Of a DNA stretch of 64,000 bases, positions 31,695-43,593 are shown one piece after another. Position numbers and translations under genes: made by a program. The notes below the pieces were generated by a model that saw only the letters and a list, made by a program, of their open reading frames with translations, was not told the origin of the DNA and made no database searches. This DNA comes from Corallochytrium limacisporum Hawaii (Eukaryota; Protista; Pluriformea), in contig PDIP01000033.1 of assembly GCA_002811645.1 (NCBI GenBank), forward strand, positions 62,001 to 126,000, written 5' to 3'. The stretch's first letter is position 1. Each line of letters begins with the position of its first letter.

Positions 31695-34288
31695 ATGGCG
31701 CATGCGCTTCCAGTGAGCTGTTGGTCCTTTTGCAGTGTGCCGTAAAAAAATCCCCTTCGATTAACACCCCAGTGCTCGATGTCTCGGGAAAAAGAGAGGT
31801 GTAGCTGTTGTGTGGGAGCAGTGATTTCACCCTACGCCATACAGCTGTGTCAAGGATTTCACCCGAGATCCTCCTATGCTCTTATGTTTATTCTTTTAAA
31901 TGGTTCACAAGGGTCTCACAGACACTACTGTGTATTTGTCGTCTGTGTCTGTGGTTTGCATAACCCCGTGTGAGTGTGAGTGACATTATATCACCTTGCA
32001 ACTGAGCCCGTGAATCCCGTAAGAACACATCCTTGAAATACGAAGACAAGCGAAGACTCGCAGGATGTCCAATTACACCTCATGCCACAGAAAGCAAACC
32101 AAAAGGGGAACCAAAAAAACCACCAGCATTCCGGTTATGGCATAAACCACGGAACAAACGATACGCTACAGCGCCTTGTTCTTTATTTTTTTTGGCTAGT
32201 TTGTTCCCGATAAACCCGTTCCCCGGTTTTTCATTTTTAACTTTGTCGTCCTTTCTCTTTGTCTCCGGTCCGAGCAGGCTTTCCCGACGGTTGTGTCTCA
32301 CCAAAGAGAAAAGGGAAAATACTCCTGGAGCCGACGCTCTGGTTTCTCCGGCTGTGGTGGGGCTTTCACTCTGTGTGTGTCTGTGTGTCTGTGTCTCTGT
32401 GTGTGGCCCGTGTCCTAGCTGCTGCTTTGCGGTGAAAAAAGAAAAAGGAAAAGAAACTGAGGTTATTTTCCTCTTCCTTTTTGTTGGGGACGGAAACGAA
32501 GGGGACTCCTCCCCCCCCGCCCGCCCGGGGGAACCCCCGGTGCGAGGGGGGCAGTTGCAAAGTGAGCAGCAAGCAAGCCCCTTTCAACGCAATGCCCCCC
32601 ACCAACCAACCCACCCGACCGGAAAAAAAAAAACACGAATCGGAGACCGAAAGCGAAAGGAAGGAAAGACCCCGGGGAAAAGGCCCCCTCCCTCCCCTCT
32701 CCCCGACGGGAGGAAGGGGGGCGTAGTAACTCTGGGCAAAGGCAAAGGGAGGGGAGGGGAGGTAAAAGGTAAAATAAGGTTAAAAAGGGAACCACCGAGC
32801 TGGGAAGAGAGGGTTGGGGAGGGACGGGAAACGGAAAGAGAACCCCAACCACCACCGGGAGAAGGGGGAGCCAGCAGCAGGGCTGGGGTCCCACTTCCGT
32901 TCTTTTCTCTCTCTCTCTCTCTCTTTTTTTTTCTTTTCTTACTCTTACCCTGCGGCGGTGGTGCGGCCCAGAGCCGCGAAATTTTAGAGAAAACGAAAGA
33001 AAAAAACACCACCACCACAGAACCCAATAAAAACCTCTTGCCAAGGCACCAATGCTAAACCGCTCACCCAACAAACTAAAGAGAATCAAAAAAAAAAGAA
33101 GACAGCAACAAAAAGGAAAAGGAAAAAATACCAACCGACGAAATGAAGGGAGAGCAGTTGAGAGAAAACACAAATATTCGCGCACAGCTGGCCAAAACGC
33201 AAACTTTGCTTAGGTAGGTAGAGAGAGAGAGAGAGCGCCGCGGCAATTAAATTCGATAATGTTTTTCTTGTGTGTATGCCACCCCAAAGAAACAGAGAGG
33301 CGGGAACCAATCGAAAAAAAAAAAAAAGAAAGAAAGAAAACGAAAACGACCAAAACGAGACCATGACCCCAACCGAAAACCCGGCAGCGGCGCGCGGCGG
33401 GGTGGGGTGCTCATATACCGCGTTTGGTCTTTCGCATAATGAAAGTATGGCACAGGTCGGGCCATGTTTTGCGCTTCCTGCGAGCAGAGAAGCGGGTGGA
33501 GGGGGGGAGGGGAGGGCTGGTCATGCAGGGAGCCCTCCCCCCCCCCCGGTCGCAGAGGCTAGGAGGACAGGAAAACGGGGGAGCCCGTTGCAGGGAGGAA
33601 ATAATTGGACCCCCGTTCCCACCACCGTAGTAGGGCTCGGGGGCCGCTTTCAATAGTGAAAGTACGGCCAGGCACGCGCTGGTCCGGCCCCCAATTCTCC
33701 CACCCGAGCTGAACCGGGCACACAGGCCGCGGGGAGAGAAACAGGGAACAGGGAAGGGGGGGGGGAATATTAGCGGCCGAGTTCTTCGACGATGGGCGCG
33801 CGCTTTTTTGCTTCCGGGGTTCTTGCGCTCGCGGGTGAGCGACAAGCAGGAAAGAAATTAGAAAACAAGGAATAAAAAATAGGGGAGAAAATAGTAATAA
33901 AGCGTATAATGGAAATTAGAGAGACCCTTAGGGAGCTTTCATTCCTCTCTTTCTTTCTCTTTTTTTACAAAGCTTAACGGAAAAAAATATATCGCGCCGA
34001 CCCTAAAACCAAACAAAGCAACAAAGAAACGACGGCAGAAAGGAAAGCAAAGCAAAACAACAAAAGCCGACCAAGAAAAAAGGGCTTACGCGATAAAAAG
34101 GAATCGGAGCCTAAGGGAACGGAAAGGAGGCAAGCGCCCGGGGGAGAGGGGAGGAAGTTTTCTCTTTTTCCTCCTCCTCCTCCTTTCCTTTTTTTCCCGC
34201 GCTTTGCACAAGGACGCGCAGGTATTTCTACGAGCCGTACTCTTTGTATGATCTTTTTATTCTCTCCCTTTCTTTTTTTTTTTGTTTC

Positions 34289-34542
34289 NNNNNNNNNNNN
34301 NNNNNNNNNNNNNNNNNNNNNNNNNNNNNNNNNNNNNNNNNNNNNNNNNNNNNNNNNNNNNNNNNNNNNNNNNNNNNNNNNNNNNNNNNNNNNNNNNNNN
34401 NNNNNNNNNNNNNNNNNNNNNNNNNNNNNNNNNNNNNNNNNNNNNNNNNNNNNNNNNNNNNNNNNNNNNNNNNNNNNNNNNNNNNNNNNNNNNNNNNNNN
34501 NNNNNNNNNNNNNNNNNNNNNNNNNNNNNNNNNNNNNNNNNN
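34289..34542. other. Assembly gap (254 N)
   Basis: Run of N bases. Confidence 1.
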
Positions 34543-36644
34543 TCCCTCCCCCCCCCCCCCTCTCCCCCTTTCCCTAACCCGCCAAAGGGTAACCGCTTGA
34601 CTCCTTCGCAAGTGGGAGGGTGGTTTTATCACCGATGGGCATCCGGGATTAGGAGGGCAGCCCATCGATTGTGTGTGGTGGAGTGGGGGGGGGGTGGAGG
34701 AGGGGGTTCTCTTCAAAAATTATAGGAGCGTCCGTATATTATAATGGAGTAAATGGTTTTGTATAAAAGCCGTTTATTCTCTTCTTCCAATGATATAATA
34801 ATTACTCCGTATAATATATTTGTCCCCACAGCGGGTGTTTTACCGCCGCCGATCCAAAGCGCAAGGTCCAGGCCGCAACCGGCTCTCGCCGAGCGGGCTG
34901 CAGAATGTGAAATTTAAACGAAAAAGTAGACCCAGGCCATAGTCCGTGGCACTCCCCCTAATGCGGCAAGGCCTAAACACAGAGAGAGATTGTGAGAGAG
35001 AGAGAGAGAGAGAGAGGGTGACCCCCAAAGAAAGAAAGTAAAGAAACTTCCCTTTTCTTTCCCGCTTCTTTCTTTTTCTTTTTTCTTTTGCTTTGGCGCG
35101 CGCTGCCGGCACACCGTAAGCTCTTACGTTCCCAAAAAAACAAAGGAAAAACAACAAAGAAAATGTAAGGCAAGGCAGAAGGAAATAGTAGCACTACTCT
35201 CCTCAGCCACACACACACACACACGCGCGCAAAGAGTGAGACTAATGAAAAGAACGAGACGAACCCGTCTGCCTGCCCGCAGAGTGCCGATGGGAGAGGA
35301 GGTGGGGAGGTAGGGGTGGGCGGGTGTCCTGGACTCGGCCAGGGAGGAGAGACGGTCTTTTTCTATTTTATTTACCGCGGATTTTTTTGAAACCGATGGC
35401 AGCGATGAAAGGCCCGGGTGGACGGACACGGACAGACCAAGTTCGGCCCCGGAAATGCCTATACCGAAGTAATGGATCTGCTGGCCTTATCGCCGTTTAA
35501 ATTTGGAGGATTTAGAAATAGAAAAATATTCAAAGTCTTTTTTCTTTGTTGGAGCCGGATAGGAAAGGTCGGAAAACGGGTTCCAGAGTCGGAGGAGGGC
35601 GTACGGCGGCAATCCGGTACTAAACCAAGGCCCATAAACCCCCTAAGGGACAGCCAAGGGTGCGGACGACACGCTACGGGTGCCGCGGGCACAGACAGCG
35701 AGAGAGAGAGACAGACAGCGGGAGCGAGAGTTGTAGTAGCAGTAGTAGTAGTAGTGGGGAAGGCCCCGAAAAGGGGAGGGGGGACGGGGCCTTTTTGGAA
35801 ACAAAAGAGAAAAAAAGAGAATACCACGGTATGCAAAAAAATGCTGGGACCCAGGAGAGAGTGAGAGAGTGAGAGAGGGGCTGGCTGAACGGTTTCCGGT
35901 CCGGACAACCCCGACAAACCGTCTTTCCGCATCTCAAGCGAAGGAGAAAAAGGGCCGGGCAGTGGACACCGCCCCGGGTTGGTGGTGGTTGTGTCACCGT
36001 GAAAATGCCACCCTCCCTTCCCTTCCCTTCCCTCACACCCCGGGGCAAAAGAAAAACACCGGACCCACAGAGACTGGGCTGCCAAAGGCCAACCACACCA
36101 AAAGAAACACCAATGGAACCGCCGGTTCGCTATATTCAATGTACGTGCACAATTGGCCCTGCTGAGGGTAAGTGTGGGAAACCCCAGCTGGCGCGCCCAA
36201 CCTTCCTCCCGGTTTTTTCTTTTTCCCCTTAAAACCCCGGGGTTAATTCTTCTCCCTCCTTTGGCCGCCCGACTTCGCCTCCGAGCGCCGCCGCAGCGGA
36301 GGGAGGGAGGGGGGGCCTCCCCGGCTTTCGCGCGCGAAATGTCGAGTTGTACACGACGCCGCCAACCGAGATCGCCCGGGCCAACGGGGAGAAACAGTGG
36401 CCCGTCTAAAACATGGGAGTGCGGTTGAGAAAAGACCGCCAATGAGGATGAGGAGGAGAAATATCCCAGGTCATCAGATGTTCCCCCAAGCATCCCACTA
36501 TTGATAGGTATTGGCCCCCTTCCCCCTTTGTAGCATGTCTTATGGTTCAATCGTATGTTATACCTATTATATTCACATTGTGTGGATTTGCTCTGTAAGA
36601 GGGTGACTCCAGCGTCTCTTTCGCCTGGCAATTGGCAACCAGCC

Positions 36645-39554
36645 TTACTGAGGAGGTTGGTCCTGCTGCGGGACCCCTTGCTGTTGTTGAGGAGGCGGTG
36701 GTCCCGGTGGTGGTGGTCCGCCTTGTCCCGGTGGCATGAACCCAGGATGGCCTGGTGGAGGTGGTGGTCCGCGGTAGTATCCGCCGCCCTGATGCATCGC
36801 GGGTCTGGGTGGTAGCGGATGTCCGGCACTACCCGGCCTGGATCCCGGCCCACCGTGCGGTGGCTGCTGCTGCAGATGCTGCGGCGGTGGAATGGGCACC
36901 GATCCAGTTCGTAAAGGGGGCATCATGCCCTGTGGTGGGCCCTGCTGCTGCCCGGGGGGTGGTGGGGGACCGCCTTGGTGGTAGGCTCCGGGGGGCATCG
37001 GAGGCTGCTGTGGCTGTCCTTGTCCTGGAGGACCACCACCAACGTGTGGACTACGCGCCTTGGGCGGTGGTCCGCCCTGACTGGATCCCGCCCGGGCCGG
37101 ACCAGGGGGATCTTGGGGGGGACCTGGGGGACCTCCCGGGTATCCACCCTGTGGTCCTCCCTGCGGCGGTCCTCCCTGTTGCGGAGGCATGGGCATGCCC
37201 CGGGGTGGAGTTGGCTGGTTTCGCATGGGTTGATCGCCTCCGGGTGGCCGGATCATGCCGGGATGCGGACCACCGGGCGGCGGAGGGCCACCGTACTGCT
37301 GTGGTGGGTACTGCGGAGGGCGACCCGGCGCTCCCTGCGGCCGTGGCGGCATCTGTCCCATCGGTCCCGCGAATTGTGGCCGTGGAGGGGGCCCGTCGTG
37401 CATCATTGGCTGTCCGGGGGGCATCTGTCCCTGAGGAGGTGGTGGTGGTCCCCGTGAGCTGACCTGCGGAGGCATGCCCCCACGTGAGCGGGCGCGTTCC
37501 TGCGCTGCGGCCTGTGCTGCTGCTACTGCTCCAGGGGGACCGCGTGGTCCTCCAGGACCTCCCATCTGCGGCGGTGGCTGTTGATTCCCGCTACCTGGTC
37601 TACCACCCCCTGCGGACCCAGGGGGCATTGGTGGGCCCCGGTGTGGTGGTTGTTGTGGCGGTTGCTGCTGCTGTTGGCCATATTGGGGCCTGGGATGGTG
37701 CACAGCAGGTTCCTGCTGCTGCGGAGGTTGTGGTGGCCCGGGCGGCTTCTGCGATGGCGGCCTCGACGACTGCTGCTGATGCGGAGACTGTGCGGACCCT
37801 ACCCGAGACCCAGGCTTAGGGTGCGGGCGTATCCACGCATTGACGTCCATGAAATAGTAGCCAGCTGCCGGCCAAGGCCTCTGTTGGTCCAGGGTCAACA
37901 ATGGTGGAGATGACATTTCCTGGCGCATCGGAAGTGATCCATCCGGAGGTGCCCCTGGTCCTCCTTGACGCTGCTGTTGTGCCTGCTGCTGCTGCTCCTG
38001 TTGCACTTGAGGGGGCATAGGTGGCTGCTGCTGAGCGTGGTGCGGGGGAGGAGGGTACTGTTGGGGCTGTGGCTGTTCAGGACGCGGAGGTGGTGGTCCA
38101 CCCGGATGGTGGTGTGCCGGGGGAGGACCATGCTGCGGTGGCGGCGGTGGTCCTCCTGGTCCTCCTGGTCTCCCCGGTCCTCCCGGTCCTCCCGGTCCTC
38201 CCGGTCCTCCCGGTCCTCCCGGCCCTCCTGGTCCTTCCGGTGCTCCTCCTTGCTGCAAATGGCCCGGTGGCCGTGGTGGTCCCTGCCCATACGGATATGC
38301 CCCTGGCGGCCCAGGCGGCCCTGGTGGCCCATGTGGCCCAGGCGGTCCAGGCGGGCCAGGCGGTTGTTGCGGTGGTGGCGGATGCGGGGGTCTCGGCATG
38401 TGTTGCGGAGGCGCACCCCGAGCCAATGGCGGTGGCGGTGGCAGCTGATGATGCGGTGGCGGTGGCGGTCCACCAGGACCCCACGGCATAGGCGGGTGCT
38501 GCTGTTGCGGGGGCCCTGTTTGTTGCTCACCCTGACCATCGGCCTGTTGCTGCTGCCAATTTGGTGGTGGTTGCCGCTGCTGCTGCGGAGAACGTGACAC
38601 CGGACGCGCACGCTGCTTGGGAGAGCGTGACACAGGGCGGGGTTGTTGCTTGGGAGAGCGTGACACGGGGCGTGGCTGTTGCTGTTGAGGAGACCGTGAA
38701 TCGGGGCGCGGCTGCTGCTGCTGCGGCTGCGGCGGCTGCTGCTGCGACGGGGGCTGAGGCGCTCCCCCCGATGACGGTGGTGCGTTCGATGCAGCAGCAG
38801 CTGCTGCCGCTGCTGCATTCTCTTGCTGCTCCACTTTGATGGCTTGACTCACCGCATTCGTCGCGTCCTGGGCTGCTTGCATGGCCATTTCCTGGCTCTC
38901 CCGTGTATGGTGCTGCTGCTCCGGCGGCTGCTGCTGCTCTGCCTGTGATGGCTGTGGTGCCTTCGGGGGCTGCTCTGCCTGTGGTTCCTGTTCTACCTTT
39001 GGCTTTGGCTCCGCCTGTGACTGTGGTTGGGCGTTTCCTGTTTCTTCCTCAGGCTCTCCTTGCTCCTCACCTTCCGTCTTCATGGCATCTGCCTTAGGCT
39101 CTTCTGCTGGAGTCTCACTGATCGGTGGTTCTCCGCCCTCGTCCGCATTCTCCGTGGGCTCCTCTCCCTTGCCGCTCTCTGACGTCTCGGGGTTTTGCTG
39201 TGGTACATTGGCCTCTGTTGCGATTCTCTTTGCCGGTGGTTCTCCATTTTCCTCCGCGTCAATACCACCGTCTTCGTCAGTTGCGTTGGTAGTGTCGTCT
39301 GCGGGCCTTTTTACGCCGACTGGTGCTGCACCATTGTTTTCACCATCCTTGTCTTGCGCTTTGTCATCCATAGCTGCTGACTCCAGGGTATTGTCGGAAG
39401 CTTCCGACTCCGGCACCTGCTCGTCTGCAGGCTTCACGTCCACCGGGTTCTGTGATTTCATGGGCTGGGGTTGTTCCTCTTCGGGTTTTGTTCCACCATT
39501 TTGTTCGGGTTCCGTTCCCGCCTCTGGTCCCCCTGTCCCATTGGTGTCAGTCAT
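36645..39554 (-). CDS. Intrinsically disordered Pro/Gln/Gly-rich protein of unknown function, probably nuclear
   Basis: 969-aa ATG ORF with an acidic N-terminus carrying KRP...PAKR (bipartite NLS-like), four RP(D/V)SRSP repeats and (GPG)n repeats. No globular domain was recognised. Confidence 0.8.
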   Translation of the reverse strand: MTDTNGTGGPEAGTEPEQNGGTKPEEEQPQPMKSQNPVDVKPADEQVPESEASDNTLESAAMDDKAQDKDGENNGAAPVGVKRPADDTTNATDEDGGIDAEENGEPPAKRIATEANVPQQNPETSESGKGEEPTENADEGGEPPISETPAEEPKADAMKTEGEEQGEPEEETGNAQPQSQAEPKPKVEQEPQAEQPPKAPQPSQAEQQQPPEQQHHTRESQEMAMQAAQDATNAVSQAIKVEQQENAAAAAAAAASNAPPSSGGAPQPPSQQQPPQPQQQQPRPDSRSPQQQQPRPVSRSPKQQPRPVSRSPKQRARPVSRSPQQQRQPPPNWQQQQADGQGEQQTGPPQQQHPPMPWGPGGPPPPPHHQLPPPPPLARGAPPQHMPRPPHPPPPQQPPGPPGPPGPHGPPGPPGPPGAYPYGQGPPRPPGHLQQGGAPEGPGGPGGPGGPGGPGGPGGPGRPGGPGGPPPPPQHGPPPAHHHPGGPPPPRPEQPQPQQYPPPPHHAQQQPPMPPQVQQEQQQQAQQQRQGGPGAPPDGSLPMRQEMSSPPLLTLDQQRPWPAAGYYFMDVNAWIRPHPKPGSRVGSAQSPHQQQSSRPPSQKPPGPPQPPQQQEPAVHHPRPQYGQQQQQPPQQPPHRGPPMPPGSAGGGRPGSGNQQPPPQMGGPGGPRGPPGAVAAAQAAAQERARSRGGMPPQVSSRGPPPPPQGQMPPGQPMMHDGPPPRPQFAGPMGQMPPRPQGAPGRPPQYPPQQYGGPPPPGGPHPGMIRPPGGDQPMRNQPTPPRGMPMPPQQGGPPQGGPQGGYPGGPPGPPQDPPGPARAGSSQGGPPPKARSPHVGGGPPGQGQPQQPPMPPGAYHQGGPPPPPGQQQGPPQGMMPPLRTGSVPIPPPQHLQQQPPHGGPGSRPGSAGHPLPPRPAMHQGGGYYRGPPPPPGHPGFMPPGQGGPPPPGPPPPQQQQGVPQQDQPPQ
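38148..38240 (-). repeat. Coding 9-bp tandem repeat (GPG)n
   Basis: About 10 GGTCCTCC(C/T) units. Confidence 0.9.
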
Positions 39555-40257
39555 GCTGATTTGTTTTATCTCCTCAGCATGACATTTACTAGCGAGTGCA
39601 GTCGTTAAACTCTTTCAGGACTGTGAGTTTTCGTTTACAATACATACCTAACGGATTGACTTGAAAAATACAACCATGTCTCTACTGAAATACTTTTGCT
39701 TACCTATTGTGCCACTTTGACTTCAATGAATAACGAAAATGGCAACCGCATGAAGCGCCACCGCTGTTTCCTGCCGGACGCTGTGCTTCCGACACGTCAA
39801 TATGAACATAACAATAGGCTTAGGATGAAGGGTCCCACATAACCTTCCGCTTGGTCTCTCTCTCTCTCTCTCCCTCTCTTCGGACTTTGCCCTGCTTCAT
39901 TCATCATCAAGAAAAAGGGAAAAAAAGGAAGGAAATAACTCCATACCCCTCCGGTATGTTATTGGTTTTACAATTTGGAAAACATTACGCAAACTTAGCA
40001 CCCCACCCGCTTCCTCCCTCGATTCTTCTGCCACCTGCGCTTCCCTGAGAGAGGGTTTGCAGTGGGTGGGTGGTTGGTCCCCTTGGCTATGTGAGCCAGA
40101 CACAGCTCCCTGTCTCTCTATTTATTTACCCGACTTTTTTTTTTCTTTTGCCTTTGTGGTTTTTTTTTTCGGTGGTCGCCTCTTTTGTTTTCGTACTCAA
40201 AATACAGCCACGGTTTGGTGAAGGCGGCGGGAACACCTCCACAACGAAGACAACCAT

Positions 40258-40470
40258 NNNNNNNNNNNNNNNNNNNNNNNNNNNNNNNNNNNNNNNNNNN
40301 NNNNNNNNNNNNNNNNNNNNNNNNNNNNNNNNNNNNNNNNNNNNNNNNNNNNNNNNNNNNNNNNNNNNNNNNNNNNNNNNNNNNNNNNNNNNNNNNNNNN
40401 NNNNNNNNNNNNNNNNNNNNNNNNNNNNNNNNNNNNNNNNNNNNNNNNNNNNNNNNNNNNNNNNNNNNNN
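40258..40470. other. Assembly gap (213 N)
   Basis: Run of N bases. Confidence 1.
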
Positions 40471-42960
40471 GTGGGGGTTTAAAAAGGAACGGGGACGGGG
40501 AGACGGGGCAGGGGGAGGGAAGGGAGGGGAGAGAGAGAGAGAGAGGAGTGAGGTGTGTGCCAAGGGTGGTTTTTTTGTTTTAGAATCACGAGGCCCACAG
40601 GGTCGGGACAGGCTGAGCGAGACGGACAGGGGAGAGAAAGGGAGAGACAGTGAAGAAGGATAATTAGAAACTTTAAATTATCAAGGCCCAGGGAGCGGGG
40701 CGGGGAGGGGAAGGAGGCGGGTATTGGATAGGAGAGTGCCTCAGTCTTTCTTTTTATGTAGAGAACCGTTGGTACATGCGAAAATATCTCTTGTCTTGAC
40801 CCTCCCACCCTCTAACGCCCCCTTTTTTTTTCTTTCTTTCTTCCTTTTTCCTTTGTTTCCGCTTTTCTCCCCTCCCCCCTCTCCCCTTCCCTCCCCCTCC
40901 GCGGGCCCCCCAAAAACGCCAAATGATCAAAGAGTGACCCACCCGAAAGAAGCGTGTGGCCAGGAAATGACAACAGCGGGGTAAACCCCCTAAGGACACC
41001 ACAAAAAAACGCGGAGATCAAAAACCAGCTCGATCACAGTCAGCAGCAGCAGGAAAAAGCGGCAGCAGGAGAGAGAGGGAGGGGGGGCAAACAATAAAGT
41101 TCATTGTATGGGGTGGGAGGTTAAGGAGCAACAAACAGTGGAAGGACTTTTACCTTTTGGGTGAACCGCGAACTGTTTTGGTTCTGTCCTTTTTCTCCGG
41201 TGTTTTTTTGTTCTCGGACTGCCAGGGTATGGGGGGGGGGGGCGAAATGGGAAGCAAGAGCACACAGACACACACACCACCTCCACGGAATCCATTTGAT
41301 TTGGAACCCATAAAAATTATCCTCCTCCGGTCCGGTCCCCCCCCCCCCTCGGACGTAAAAGCCATCACAAAAGAAGAAAAACTTGGGCCCGAGTGGAAAA
41401 CAAACCCTGTGTTGCCATTCAAAGCCACTGGTGGTTAATCCAGGCAACGTCGTCCCAGGACCTTGGCTGCAAAGTGCCTGGAGGCTTAGAATTATTAGAG
41501 TCTATAAAACCACCACCACACACTGTCCACAACCCACAGCAGCACATGGCAAATCTGCGGACACAAGGGGAAGAGCGCGAACCGCATAGTTTGACCGTCT
41601 GGTCGTTCGCTCCCATGCACAACGGGCTGTGGTGGCATCCAAACGCATTGGCCGATGACCTGGCTCTGGATGGCTCCCCGTGCAACTACTTTATCATCGA
41701 CCGCCGTGAGCGATTCGCCGGCCGCCGGAGCCCAAGTTCTCTCTGACTCTGGTGGTTCCTTCTTATCTCTCCCTCCACTGCTTCTCACAGTCTCTCCACG
41801 GACCGACACCTTTACCTGTTGTCCTTCTCACCCTCTTGTCAAATGCTGACCCTTCCTGAACAGTATAAGGAAGTGTGGCCTTTACCCATATCCGGGTGGA
41901 GGTTTTGATTAATCATTGGCAGAGATCTGCCACTACTACCGCTGTTTAACCTTCGCGCGGCGGCGATTGTCCCTCGGGGGCTCAGTATGGGGTAACGCAT
42001 GGTAGCCTCTCAATGGATACCCATATCATGCCAACGGACTCCGCAAACACACATTCACATTCACACACTGGCCAGACTCATCAGGTGTGCTGTCTCATGG
42101 TCAATACCCTATTGTTCCCAGCAAGAGGCAAAGAAAGTAAGCCGCAAGGAACTCGATCTTTAGTGGTTAGGCTGATGAAATGCTTGGGTATTCTCTGCAT
42201 CAAACTACCATGGTAAATCTAATGGTTTGCATGGGAGGCGATGACGAAGTAATTAGGAATCGTCCGCAAAAGCTCTTGAAGAAAAAATACTGCACGATTG
42301 CGTGCACATTGTACCGCCAGAACTGTTTATGAATTGTTCTATAATGGTAGTGTTGGTGTCCATAATGGGCCCCTGCGAGGTTTTCATGGTTGAGAACACG
42401 TTGGCTGCTATGATTGCCTTGGATCCACCTCCGACGACTGTTCTGTACCATGCACCAACATGAATAGCGCCAGAATTCTCTCCCATTTCGGATGCGTGAC
42501 TGAGAATTCCCGACTTGACAGTGCCTCAACTCAGGCCTAGAGTTGGAAGTCAACCCGCTTCCCTGGAGTGTGGCTGCAAAGTAATGAGACGGGGCGGGGG
42601 CCTTGTGGGCCACGAATAATACATAATGAAGGAGGGTTCAACATGAATGATCGCAAGTTGGCACACGTAATAGTGCTAAGTGGCGGCGAACGGTGTCCAA
42701 TGGTGTGCAACGCATGGGGGCCTAAATAGTAGGCGCCGCAGAGGGGGGGGTTCCGTATTGGCGGCACGCACAACGGGGGCCCTACGGGGGGTGCCAGGGA
42801 CCGCCAGGGGGCAATGGGAGCATGATCTTACCTAACACAGTGGCATTAATGATGTTTCCCATACCTTGCAAAGTTAAAGATTTTATGATGTTACTTCTCA
42901 TGCGGACGAAACATGAGCAAATCCCATGGTCCGTTTGAATGTGTGCGACCGGTCCAGTGT

Positions 42961-43593
42961 TCACTTCTTGGACGCCTTCCTGTTCTTCTTGGATTCCACC
43001 ACCTTCTTCGCCTCTTTGCTATCTTTCGATGCTGCTCTTGTCGATGATTTCTGTGTTGCTGTTGCCGTGGCTTTTCTATTCGATGCATCTGAGTGGCTCT
43101 GCTGCTTCTGAAGCTCCCGCTTCTCCTTCCGCTTCTGTTTGGCCTGCTCTAACTTTTTCTGCCGCCGGCGTTCTCGCTTTTTCGCCGCCTTGGCTTTCTT
43201 CTTTTCGATGTATTCCTTGGGCAGAAGCACGTCCTGGGCGTGTCGCATCTGTTTCTTTAATCGCTTCTGGTGACCTGCACTTTTCAAATGAGTCTCCAGG
43301 TCCAGTTCAGTGCGGAACTTGCGCTCCGGGCAAATCTCACAGTGCCGGCGATCCTTCTCCTTCTTTCGACGGGGGTCCCGAATGTCGTCCGGATTAACAT
43401 TGCTTTCAAAGATGATATCGTTCTCTCCATCCACAGCGACGTCATCATCACTATCGGTTTCTGCTCCGTCCTCCACCTCTGACAGGTCATCCTCAACGTC
43501 AGAGTTGTTGCTTGGGTCGGAGTCGTCGTCCCTGGCCTTGCGAGCAGCCTCCAGTTCCGCTCGCTTCTTCGCGCTGACCACGTGCTTGTACAT
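42961..43593 (-). CDS. Single C2H2 (matrin/U1-like) zinc-finger protein with an acidic N-terminus and Lys-rich tail, possibly nucleolar
   Basis: CEIC-x13-HLKSAGH.KR motif with strong charge segregation. Confidence 0.75.
   Translation of the reverse strand: MYKHVVSAKKRAELEAARKARDDDSDPSNNSDVEDDLSEVEDGAETDSDDDVAVDGENDIIFESNVNPDDIRDPRRKKEKDRRHCEICPERKFRTELDLETHLKSAGHQKRLKKQMRHAQDVLLPKEYIEKKKAKAAKKRERRRQKKLEQAKQKRKEKRELQKQQSHSDASNRKATATATQKSSTRAASKDSKEAKKVVESKKNRKASKK

Noticed and set aside
32033-36640. Long ORFs in the deserts (e.g. 32033-33058 + and 35459-36853 -)
   Set aside because: They are translations of homopolymers and microsatellites, often have non-ATG starts, and show no domain signal.
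36755-39582. Antisense and alternate-frame ORFs over the GC-rich repeat genes and other CDSs
   Set aside because: Expected shadows of codon bias and repeats.
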